In this document: positions 39,896-48,666 of the stretch, piece after piece | Layout: each line of letters starts with the position of its first letter | How positions within the stretch are numbered: position 1 is the stretch's first letter | DNA from: Acaryochloridaceae cyanobacterium VAR_48_metabat_390 | GTDB lineage: Bacteria > Cyanobacteriota > Cyanobacteriia > Thermosynechococcales > Thermosynechococcaceae | DNA: 64,000 bases | Assembly (NCBI GenBank): GCA_031422435.1 | Contig: JANPLU010000123.1 | Span: 37,671-101,670 of the forward strand | Reading direction: 5' to 3' | Translations under genes and position numbers: made by a program | The notes under the pieces: model-generated | Database searches by the model: none | Told to the model about the DNA's origin: nothing | The model's input: only the letters and a program-made list of their open reading frames with translations

Positions 39896-41992
39896 CTATT
39901 CCTGCGAGGGGAGAGAAGGATAAACGGTATTGCTCCGAAGCTGAGGACTGCTGGGCAAGAGGTCGGCAGTCATTTCTGTGGGATCTTTTTGCAGGCGTAG
40001 ACGAGCCCAACGGCGATCGCGCAGCCAAAGCGCAGCCAAGCCTAAAGACAGCAGCACAGAGGCCAAAAAAGTGCCAAGTAAGATCGGCACAACCTTTGGA
40101 GAACTGGGTAACTTAGGCAGATTGGGGCGACTGCGCATCGTCACTGGAGGGTAAGCATTAGAAATGTTGGAGTTAGCCAGATCTAGCTTGCCTAGGGTTG
40201 AAGTAAAGATCGCTTCTGCAATCTGTACATCTCGCTCTAGATTCACCAACACTGATTTTTTGTTAGAAAGGGTGGTCATCATCCCTTCAAGCTGCTGAAT
40301 CTGCTGATCTAGCGCTCCAGCCTGTCCCTTTAGCCCTTCCGCCCGTCCCTTTGTGGTGATTATCGTTTGAAACAGACCACTGCGCTGGGTTTCAGAGCTA
40401 ATGCCATTGCTGACATTGATCTGCTTCAGCGTTGCGTCATTTACCTCTCGTCCTAAAAGCTTCTTGCCTCTGTCCAAAAGCCGTATACGAGCAGACTGGT
40501 TTTCCTCAAGGGTCTCAATCACTTTCGGGTGAGTGGGTGAAAGAGAAGACTCTAAGGTACTCAGTTCAGCACTGGTTTTGCTGTAGCCCAGCAAATACTG
40601 CTGAAAAATTCCATCTGACTGAAGTACAAATGCATCCGCAGCCTGCTGTGGCGAAAGACCTAAGCTTCCTGAGAGCTGTGCAAGCTGGTTTGTAGAATCT
40701 TGAGCCTGCCCTAAGACTTCAGATTTTTGGCGGCGTAGAGACTCGATGTTGACCGATAAATCTCGCAGCTGTTCTCCCGAATCTAGCCCTGACTGAACTT
40801 TATAGTTAGAAAGCCGCTGCTGCGCTACTTTCAGACGTTCTGCCGCTAAATCTAAAGACCCCTTTAAAGTTTGACTTTTTTGAGAAACCTCCTGCTTGCG
40901 AAGCGACCCGAGCTTACTGTCAAACGCATTTTGAAAGGCGATCGCCTTTTGACGTGCTTCGATAGGACTGAAGCCAGTGACAGCAATCTTAATCAGCGTT
41001 GTGTTAGGCACCACATCAACACGAGGTTTTCCAAAGTCTTCTAGGGATTCCTTTGTTGTGTTGGCGGCAGAGGCTACCACTTCTTGCCCTTCTAGTAAAT
41101 CTTTATAGTTGGTGCGAGGGTCTGCCACCATGAAATTACTATAGGGAGAATCGTTGCTTTGGGCAGCACGACCTACCCCTGGAACCTCCAGGATGGTATC
41201 AGAACGAGCCGCTGGCAAATCCAACGTCCAAGCACTAGTGTAAACCGGACGCTTCAGCTTCAAAACAGTGATCGAAAACGCCCAAAGCAGCGTGTTTAAA
41301 ACAATCCCCAAAATCACATAGCGCTTCCATCGCCCTGTTGAAGCATCTTGTTCCTCTGCTTTAAACGACTCAGACTCATAAGTCGGCAGCGATAGGGCTG
41401 TCTCAGATGCTTTTGGATGCCCATTTAAGGCTAAATCTTGATTTAAATGCACAGGCAGCTTTGCGGTCTGTACATCTGCATCTGCCATCGAAGGGGCAGC
41501 AGAAACGGAAACTTCACGAGGCTGAAAGTCCTGAACTTCATGGGCAACATAGCCATTCTTGCCCTGAGGCAAAGAATCGTCTTTTGCAGCAATAACCTTG
41601 TCTAAAAGTCCTGGCCCATACTGCGGATACCCAAGCTGTACAAACCGAACTGCGGCACGCAGCTCTTGAGGCGGCGTATTTTTGAGCAAATAACCCAGCG
41701 CCCCAGCACGCGTTGACTTCGCAATGAGTGCCTCGTCATCATGCATACTCAGCACCAGCACTTTCACATCAGTAAACTGCTGGCTAATGACCTGAGTAGC
41801 ACTGACGCCATCTAGTCCAGGCATCTCCATATCAATCAGCACGACATCCGGCTTCAGATAGCTCACCTGCTCAATGGCGGTATGCCCATCACTTGCCGTC
41901 CCTACGACCTGAAGGTCAGGGGCTGACTCCAGAATCATCTTTAGGCTTTCACGAATTGATTTTTGGTCATCGACCAGCAAAATACGAATCAT
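39896..41992 (-). CDS. Receiver domain fused to a polysaccharide co-polymerase (Wzz/GumC-like), no tyrosine kinase domain
   Basis: N-terminal REC (ILLVDD, LIDMEMP, LSM, LLK), a linker, TM1 + PVYTS, a long coiled coil, PNLPKLPSSPK + TM2, and a short tail. Confidence 0.85.
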   Translation of the reverse strand: MIRILLVDDQKSIRESLKMILESAPDLQVVGTASDGHTAIEQVSYLKPDVVLIDMEMPGLDGVSATQVISQQFTDVKVLVLSMHDDEALIAKSTRAGALGYLLKNTPPQELRAAVRFVQLGYPQYGPGLLDKVIAAKDDSLPQGKNGYVAHEVQDFQPREVSVSAAPSMADADVQTAKLPVHLNQDLALNGHPKASETALSLPTYESESFKAEEQDASTGRWKRYVILGIVLNTLLWAFSITVLKLKRPVYTSAWTLDLPAARSDTILEVPGVGRAAQSNDSPYSNFMVADPRTNYKDLLEGQEVVASAANTTKESLEDFGKPRVDVVPNTTLIKIAVTGFSPIEARQKAIAFQNAFDSKLGSLRKQEVSQKSQTLKGSLDLAAERLKVAQQRLSNYKVQSGLDSGEQLRDLSVNIESLRRQKSEVLGQAQDSTNQLAQLSGSLGLSPQQAADAFVLQSDGIFQQYLLGYSKTSAELSTLESSLSPTHPKVIETLEENQSARIRLLDRGKKLLGREVNDATLKQINVSNGISSETQRSGLFQTIITTKGRAEGLKGQAGALDQQIQQLEGMMTTLSNKKSVLVNLERDVQIAEAIFTSTLGKLDLANSNISNAYPPVTMRSRPNLPKLPSSPKVVPILLGTFLASVLLSLGLAALWLRDRRWARLRLQKDPTEMTADLLPSSPQLRSNTVYPSLPSQE

Positions 41993-42240
41993 CGGTTCAT
42001 CCTTTTATGATTGCTGGGAACTGCCACAAGACTCGTGCTGTACCGCACTATAAAATCTCACAGCCCAGGTATTTTTCATCAGCACCATCGTAAAAGTTAG
42101 AGTTTTAACGCAACTTAGAATCGGAGCCATTTTTCTGTGGTTCCCACAGGCTTTTGAACAATTTGATGCGGGCAGAAAAAGCGCCACTGACAACATGTCA
42201 TCTACTATATCCTCTAATATCTCAACGGCAAGTTGTGCTG

Positions 42241-43446
42241 CTAGTGAAACCGGGTGGGCTGTCGATACTCAGCAGCAGCACTAGAGCGCAATGTTGGTGG
42301 TGCTGGAGTCCAACCACATAAAGACTCATAAATCTGGGTTACTTCCGTCGCAACGCGATGCCAGCTATGATGCAGGAGTATTTCTTTGTGCGCTCTTTGA
42401 GCCATCAGCTTCATCTCATAGGGATGAGACAATGCCCAACGCAAGGCATCTTTTAGTGCAAACATATCTCCTTTCTTAAACAGCAGTCCACGATCTGTAT
42501 GGATTAGCTCTCGATGGGCTGCAATGTCGCTGGCAATAATCGGAATGTTTTCGCGCATGGCCTCCAGTAAGGCAAGAGGAGATCCCTCCAAGTTTGAGGG
42601 TAAGATAAACAGCCCTGCACCGCGAATGATCTCAGCAAGGCGAGTCCCTCGAAGTTCCCCCGTAAAAATAATATTGGGGTTAACAGATGCAAGCTGATAG
42701 AGCTTTGATGGAAAAGACCCTGTTCCGGCAGTGCCACCGACTAAAACCAGTTTCCAATTTCTGGCTTGAAGGATCTGAAACGCCTGAATCAAGAGATCTG
42801 GACATTTTTCTGGCACCAGACGGCCTAAAAAGACCATGTATTTCTCTGGCTCAACGCCCAGCGATCGCACAAAAGGAAACGCTGTGTCAGATTCTGCATA
42901 ATTTGCTGGGGCATTCGGAATAAAAACGGTGGATCGGTCATAGGTTTGACTAAAGTAATGCTGCAAATCAGATGAAACCACCGTGATCTCATGGGCAAAC
43001 TGTACCGCAGTCCTTTCTCCCAAGCGAATCAGACGACTCGAAAACTGCCCCCACTTTGCGCGCTGCCAATCTAGCCCGTGACAGGTCACAACAATCTTTG
43101 ACGCCGTGACTACACGCGGTAAAACGCTGAATAGACTAGGTCCGAGCGCATGAAAATGAATGACGTCATAGCGAGGCTTAACAGCCAAAATAGAGGCCAG
43201 TGCCGATGTCAATAGAGTATCCAACCCGTTGATACCTAGACTTGGCAGCGTTACGACGTTAACACCCTGAAAGCTGTAGCGGCTCTGCCAAGGAAAGCCT
43301 GTGTATACAGACTGTGCAAAGAGGTCTACCGAATGACCGTTTTCCACAATCTTGGGAAACACTTCCGCACAATAGTGCTCAATTCCTCCTTGTCTTGGAG
43401 GCAGTCCCTTTGCACCAATTACCGCAATTCTCATCAAATTTGGCAC
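42241..43446 (-). CDS. Glycosyltransferase family 4
   Basis: GGIE, HFHALGP, GRLVPEK and PSNLEGSPLALLEAM. Confidence 0.92.
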   Translation of the reverse strand: MPNLMRIAVIGAKGLPPRQGGIEHYCAEVFPKIVENGHSVDLFAQSVYTGFPWQSRYSFQGVNVVTLPSLGINGLDTLLTSALASILAVKPRYDVIHFHALGPSLFSVLPRVVTASKIVVTCHGLDWQRAKWGQFSSRLIRLGERTAVQFAHEITVVSSDLQHYFSQTYDRSTVFIPNAPANYAESDTAFPFVRSLGVEPEKYMVFLGRLVPEKCPDLLIQAFQILQARNWKLVLVGGTAGTGSFPSKLYQLASVNPNIIFTGELRGTRLAEIIRGAGLFILPSNLEGSPLALLEAMRENIPIIASDIAAHRELIHTDRGLLFKKGDMFALKDALRWALSHPYEMKLMAQRAHKEILLHHSWHRVATEVTQIYESLCGWTPAPPTLRSSAAAEYRQPTRFH

Positions 43447-43752
43447 TCAAAGTGACTTGGCTCTACAACTTTCCCCCTACCGTCAAAACAAAGCGTAAGA
43501 AAAGCTCTATTTACGTTTAGATTCAACCTATCTTTTTAATATCAAAGCTGTAAGTCGATTTATACAGAACCAATGACTAACGCATACATACTACTTTATA
43601 TTTGTTGCTGACAATCAAATAGCTTTAAAAGAGCAGGTATTTCATCGTGAATGCTTAATATTCTTAGCATGTCTAGGCTACAAAGCGCCAATTTCAATAG
43701 TTTGCATCTTTTGATACAGTGGCTCATGTATATCGTGAAATACAGAGGTCTT

Positions 43753-44985
43753 CTAACCTTTGATATTTTTTTTAGATCTTCCCCAATATTGATACATACT
43801 TTCGTAGACTTGGCTCACGACTTCGTCAACTGCAAAAGGCCGTACGGTCTCTAAGCAAGCCTGAACAGGAAACCGCTCAGGTGATATAAGCACATGAAGA
43901 AGTGCTGCTGCAATTTCTTTGGGGGTGCGCTCTTGGCATACTACACCACTTCCTGGCATTAGGAATTTAGGTGTTTCTCCGCAATGGGTTGTAACGACGG
44001 GCGTACCTGAAGCAAGGGCTTCTAGCACCACCAGAGGCAGACCTTCATACACACTGGTTAATACTACCGCGCTAGACAGTTTATGAAGCGCTGCCAAGTC
44101 TTGTAGTGCAACTGCACCCAACAAAGTAACAGATGACGTTAAATTTAGCGCCTTAATTTCATTTTGAACAGGCTTCATCAGTTCGCCTTCTCCAGCAATT
44201 AGCAAATGAACATTAAGCGATGGTTCTGCAAGGGATTTGAGTGCTGACATGGCCTGTACCAGTAGCAGAGGGTCTTTTTGAGGATGCAGCCGCCCCGCGA
44301 ATAAAATAAAGTGTGTATCGGAAGGCAAACCTTTCTGGGATGCTAAATGCCGACGCTGGGATGCCTTATCTACGGGAGTGAGGGGATAAAATTGCTGATT
44401 ATCAACGGTATTGCGCACAAGCTGGATGCGCGTTGCCAGGTCAGGGTACTGGTGGCGGTATAGATCGATAGACTCTGAGTTGCAGGACAAGATTTGCTGA
44501 AACTGACCCAGTAAAAACCGCTCTAGGGCGAAATAGACCTTTGGAAAGCGCCGCCACAGAATTGCATTTTCGCGTCCTGAAGGGCTGTTAATCTGTTGAT
44601 GGATGTCGTTGTGAATAAATAAGGTTTTTGCGCCAGACCAGTGCCGCGTCATGAAGGTGGGTTCTAGGCGATGGAAATGCATGAAATCAGAGGCTAAATT
44701 TTTACCTCTAAGCGCCCATGTATACCGAACTGAGGTTGGCACTTGCTTGCGAACGTTATCGTTCTGGAGATGAAAGAGCGGCATAAATTGGAGCGATCGC
44801 CCCTCTAATTCCCCGTCATGCCACTGTCCTAGCGCCTGCTTTGGATCTATCCCTGTGCCGACCAGCCGAATCTCAAACTCAGGGGGTGCGTACTTGATGT
44901 AGTAGCGAATCAGCGTTTGGATACCGCCAATGGTCGATTGCCAAGGGTTAAACTGATAAAAAATGGTTAAAATTGGCTTGCGCAC
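43753..44985 (-). CDS. Glycosyltransferase family 4
   Basis: GGIQT, FAGRLHPQKD and SVYEGLPLVVLEALASGTPVV. Confidence 0.92.
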   Translation of the reverse strand: MRKPILTIFYQFNPWQSTIGGIQTLIRYYIKYAPPEFEIRLVGTGIDPKQALGQWHDGELEGRSLQFMPLFHLQNDNVRKQVPTSVRYTWALRGKNLASDFMHFHRLEPTFMTRHWSGAKTLFIHNDIHQQINSPSGRENAILWRRFPKVYFALERFLLGQFQQILSCNSESIDLYRHQYPDLATRIQLVRNTVDNQQFYPLTPVDKASQRRHLASQKGLPSDTHFILFAGRLHPQKDPLLLVQAMSALKSLAEPSLNVHLLIAGEGELMKPVQNEIKALNLTSSVTLLGAVALQDLAALHKLSSAVVLTSVYEGLPLVVLEALASGTPVVTTHCGETPKFLMPGSGVVCQERTPKEIAAALLHVLISPERFPVQACLETVRPFAVDEVVSQVYESMYQYWGRSKKNIKG

Positions 44986-45091
44986 CCCTAATTTCAGCTC
45001 CTAGTGCATAGAATGTGTGGGAATCAGGCTAAACAGGCTTCCACATCATATAAGCGCTGCTGCTAATCTGCCACTTTGCCCCGTGGAGTCA

Positions 45092-46360
45092 ATGGATTAT
45101 CTGCCCAATTTGCTCACGCCGCCCACGGTTTTATCGGTGAGTGGTCTCACTAGTTATCTCCAAACGCTGCTGGAGCAGGATAACCAGCTTGTGCAGCTTT
45201 GGCTCACGGGAGAGGTTTCGAGTGCCAATCACCATCGCAGTGGGCTGTTTTTTACCCTCCAAGACCCGGAGGCAGACGCGACACTACAGTGCGTCATTTG
45301 GAAGTCGCACCTTGAAAAACTGGCGATTGTGCCCGAATCGGGGGAGCAGGTTATCGTTTTAGGCCGAATTCGGCTTTATCCTCAGCGAGGCCAGTATCAG
45401 CTTGTGGTGTGGCAGGTGCTACCTGCCGGAGAAGGGCTACGCGCCCTACGATACCAGCAACTGCGCGATCGCCTGACAGCAGAAGGGGTCTTTGACCCCC
45501 AGTACAAACACCCCATTCCTGCACATCCACAGGTGATTGGCGTAGTTACTTCGCCACAGGCAGCGGCTTGGGGCGATATTCAGCGCACGTTGAGGTCGCG
45601 CTACCCTGGTTTGCGAGTGCTGTTTTCGCCCAGCTTGGTGCAGGGCGATCAGGCGGCAGAGTCTATTGTGAAGGCGATCGCACGACTAGAATCAGACGGT
45701 ACTGCCGAGGTGATTATTTTAGGACGGGGCGGCGGAGCTTCTGAAGACTTAGCCTGTTTTAATGATGAGCGTGTGGTTCGGGCGATCGCTACCTGCCCTA
45801 TTCCCATCATTTCTGGGATTGGGCATCAGCGGGACGAAACCTTAGCAGATCTTGCCGCAGATTGCTGCGCCCATACGCCCACGGCAGCAGCGGCTTTGGC
45901 AGTGCCTGACTTAATGGAGCTTCAGGCGCTTCATGGCGATCGCCAGATGCGGCTGCGCCATGCCCTAGAAGCCAGTGCTTCAGCGTCTCAAACCGTCTTG
46001 AATCGACTCAAGCTAAGACTTCAGCGGCTTCAGCCTGATCGCATGGTGAAGCAAGAACTGAATGGAATAGCCACCCTTCAGCATCAGCTTTTGCAGGCGG
46101 CGGGCTATCGGCTGAGTGCGCAGCAGCAGCGCCACCAGTTTTTGCAACAAAAGCTGGCAACCTTAGACCCCCGTGAAGTGTTGAGACGAGGTTATGCGAT
46201 CGCCCGTCCCTTGCAGGAAGGTAATGCAGAGGTAGGTCGCATTGTGCGCAGTGCCGCCGACCTTAGCCTAGGTCAGCGTTTACAGCTCCAGTTGGCACAA
46301 GGGTCTGTGCAGGTTACAGTAACCCACATCCCCTCCCATGAAACTTTGCCTCAGGATTAA
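45092..46360 (+). CDS. xseA: Exodeoxyribonuclease VII large subunit
   Basis: [40 protein letters not shown] and TPTAAA. Confidence 0.95.
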   Translation: MDYLPNLLTPPTVLSVSGLTSYLQTLLEQDNQLVQLWLTGEVSSANHHRSGLFFTLQDPEADATLQCVIWKSHLEKLAIVPESGEQVIVLGRIRLYPQRGQYQLVVWQVLPAGEGLRALRYQQLRDRLTAEGVFDPQYKHPIPAHPQVIGVVTSPQAAAWGDIQRTLRSRYPGLRVLFSPSLVQGDQAAESIVKAIARLESDGTAEVIILGRGGGASEDLACFNDERVVRAIATCPIPIISGIGHQRDETLADLAADCCAHTPTAAAALAVPDLMELQALHGDRQMRLRHALEASASASQTVLNRLKLRLQRLQPDRMVKQELNGIATLQHQLLQAAGYRLSAQQQRHQFLQQKLATLDPREVLRRGYAIARPLQEGNAEVGRIVRSAADLSLGQRLQLQLAQGSVQVTVTHIPSHETLPQD

Positions 46361-46608
46361 TGCCCATGAGCCGTCGGACTTTTACTTCAACGCCTGTTTC
46401 AGACGCTCAACCACCCGAAGACTGGCGCTATGAGGCTGCTGTTTCTGAAGTTGAATCTATTATTAGTCGCATTGAATCGGGTGAACTAGAGCTAGAGGAC
46501 GTATTTGAGCAGTTTGCCCAAGCGGTTCAATTTTTGGGGCAGTGCGAAGCTTTTTTGACTGCGCGACAGGCTCAAATTGGCTTACTCATTGAAACGCTTG
46601 AGGATTAG
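46360..46608 (+). CDS. xseB: Exodeoxyribonuclease VII small subunit
   Basis: YEAAV.EVE.II..IESGEL.LE..FEQF..A...L..CE..L; directly follows xseA. Confidence 0.9.
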   Translation: MPMSRRTFTSTPVSDAQPPEDWRYEAAVSEVESIISRIESGELELEDVFEQFAQAVQFLGQCEAFLTARQAQIGLLIETLED

Positions 46609-46638
46609 AATCATGGATTAAATAGCCTCAACTTTTGA

Positions 46639-46678
46639 CCCTCACCCCCAGCCCCTCTCCCAGAGCGGGAGAGGGGAG
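46639..46678. repeat. Cyanobacterial short dispersed repeat (REP-like hairpin)
   Basis: CCCTCACCCCCAGCCCCTCTCCCAGAGCGGGAGAGGGGAG. Confidence 0.6.
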
Positions 46679-46816
46679 AAAGAAATCAAGGAAAATATTT
46701 ATGCGTCATGCTCGCCCGTAAATCAGAAATTGCCCGATAATGATTCCTCAAGCGGCATGAAGACGTTGCCAGTCTGGGCGCGGCTTAGTGCGGCTAACGT
46801 CCTTTAACGCCAGTCC

Positions 46817-48295
46817 ATGACCCAATCAACATCGCCTACTCCAGCCGCAGACCCCAAGCTAAAATTTGGCACCAAACTCGCCTACGGTGCGGGTGATGCC
46901 GGGTCTGCAATTACGGCAAATATGCTCATTTTCTATCTGTCTCCTTTTTTGACCGACATAGCAGGTCTAAGCCCTGGTATGGCAGCACAGACCCAGCTCA
47001 TCGGCAAGCTCTGGGATGCCGTTAACGACCCGATGATGGGTGTGGTGAGCGATCGCACCACCTTTGGTAAATGGGGGCGGCGCTACCCATGGATGCTGCT
47101 CGGCGGCATTCCGCTGGGGATATTTTTCTTTTTACAGTGGATTGTGCCCCACTTTAGTACCAACGAGGCGACCAACCAAATGGGGCTGTTTTGGTACTAC
47201 ACCCTCATTTCAATTTTGTTTAATACGGCCTTTACGATGGTCAACCTGCCCTACACAGCACTTACGCCAGAGTTGACCCAAGACTATAACGAGCGTACCC
47301 AGCTCAACAGCTTTCGGTTCTTATTTTCGATTGGGGGCAGCATTGTCTCCATTATTATCTTTGACTTTATTATTAAGAGCTTTATCAAAAGCCCAGCCCA
47401 GCAGTACCTCGCCATGGGCATTGTTCTGGGACTGCTATCGGTGGTGCCCATTTACTGGTGCGTTTGGGGCACTCGCAAGCGGGAGCGCGAAATGGCGGCG
47501 CGGCATCCTAATGAAGACTTGGCGGTTTCGATGCCCCTCATGACGCAGCTACGAATTGTGTTTAGCAATAAACCCTTTTTGTACGTCGTCGGTATTTACC
47601 TTTGCTCTTGGTTTAGTGTGCAGCTTACGGCGACCATTATTCCCTACTTTCTCAGAAGCTGGATGCTATCGCCTCAGGCAACGGGGGTGGTTATTTTAGC
47701 GGTACAGGGCACTGCGATGGCGATGCTGTTGGTCTGGAGTAAGTTGAGCGATCGCTATGGCAAAAAAGCGGTCTACTTTATGGGCATGGGGATCTGGGTG
47801 ATTGCGCAGTTTGGGCTGTTCTTTTTGCAGCCCGGTCAGTTAGGACTGATGTATGTGATGGCGATTTTGGCTGGGTTTGGCGTTTCAGTGGCGTATCTTA
47901 TTCCCTGGTCAATGCTGCCTGACGTGATTGAGCTAGATGAACTGACCACAGGGCAACGACGCGAAGGAATTTTCTATAGCTTTATTGTCTTTCTGCAAAA
48001 GATTTGCCTAGGGCTTGCGGTTTCGCTGGTCTTAGCCTGCCTGGGCTGGGCTGGTTACGTGAAGCCAACAGACGTTATTCCACTGCCCGTGCAGCCCGAC
48101 GCAGTACTGTGGATTATTCGGTTAGCCATTGGCCCCTTGCCCACCTTGGCGCTGATTGGAGGATTGATTATGGCGTATTTTTATCCCATCACCCGCGAAG
48201 TTCATGCCGAAATTTTGCTGAAGTTAGCCGAGCGCAAAAACGCAGCTCAGGACAATCTTCAAAACGATAATTCTCAGGATATTCCACCTGCTTGA
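46817..48295 (+). CDS. GPH/MelB-like MFS sugar:cation symporter
   Basis: KLAYGAGD, WDAVNDP.MG..SDRT, NLPYTALTPELT.DY.ERT and G.RREG.FY. Confidence 0.9.
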   Translation: MTQSTSPTPAADPKLKFGTKLAYGAGDAGSAITANMLIFYLSPFLTDIAGLSPGMAAQTQLIGKLWDAVNDPMMGVVSDRTTFGKWGRRYPWMLLGGIPLGIFFFLQWIVPHFSTNEATNQMGLFWYYTLISILFNTAFTMVNLPYTALTPELTQDYNERTQLNSFRFLFSIGGSIVSIIIFDFIIKSFIKSPAQQYLAMGIVLGLLSVVPIYWCVWGTRKREREMAARHPNEDLAVSMPLMTQLRIVFSNKPFLYVVGIYLCSWFSVQLTATIIPYFLRSWMLSPQATGVVILAVQGTAMAMLLVWSKLSDRYGKKAVYFMGMGIWVIAQFGLFFLQPGQLGLMYVMAILAGFGVSVAYLIPWSMLPDVIELDELTTGQRREGIFYSFIVFLQKICLGLAVSLVLACLGWAGYVKPTDVIPLPVQPDAVLWIIRLAIGPLPTLALIGGLIMAYFYPITREVHAEILLKLAERKNAAQDNLQNDNSQDIPPA

Positions 48296-48320
48296 CCCTC
48301 TGTACTGCACCTCTAAAGCG

Positions 48321-48662
48321 ATGAAAAAGCCAAAGTCCAATCCCCTAGAGCGTCCTGCATACATTGAATTTGGTGCTGGATCTGTTGACCCCTCCCCAGC
48401 ACGCCCTGAAGTACCGCCGAACCAGCAGCAGCTTAAAGTAGAGGCATCTCGTAAAGGCCGCAAGGGCAAAACCGTGACCGTCGTGAGTGGATTTCAGAGT
48501 TCTGCGACGACCCTTGAAGCCTTAACCAAGCAGCTTAAAAATCAGTGTGGGGCTGGCGGTGCGCTCAAAGACAACGCTATCGAGGTACAGGGCGACCACC
48601 GCGAAAAAGTTCAGCAGTTTTTAATGACGTTGGGCTATAAAGCAAAGCTGAGCGGAGGATGA
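48321..48662 (+). CDS. SUI1/YciH-family translation initiation factor
   Basis: RKGRKGKTVTVV.G, LK..CG.GG and IEVQGDH. Confidence 0.92.
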   Translation: MKKPKSNPLERPAYIEFGAGSVDPSPARPEVPPNQQQLKVEASRKGRKGKTVTVVSGFQSSATTLEALTKQLKNQCGAGGALKDNAIEVQGDHREKVQQFLMTLGYKAKLSGG

Positions 48663-48666
48663 ACGC

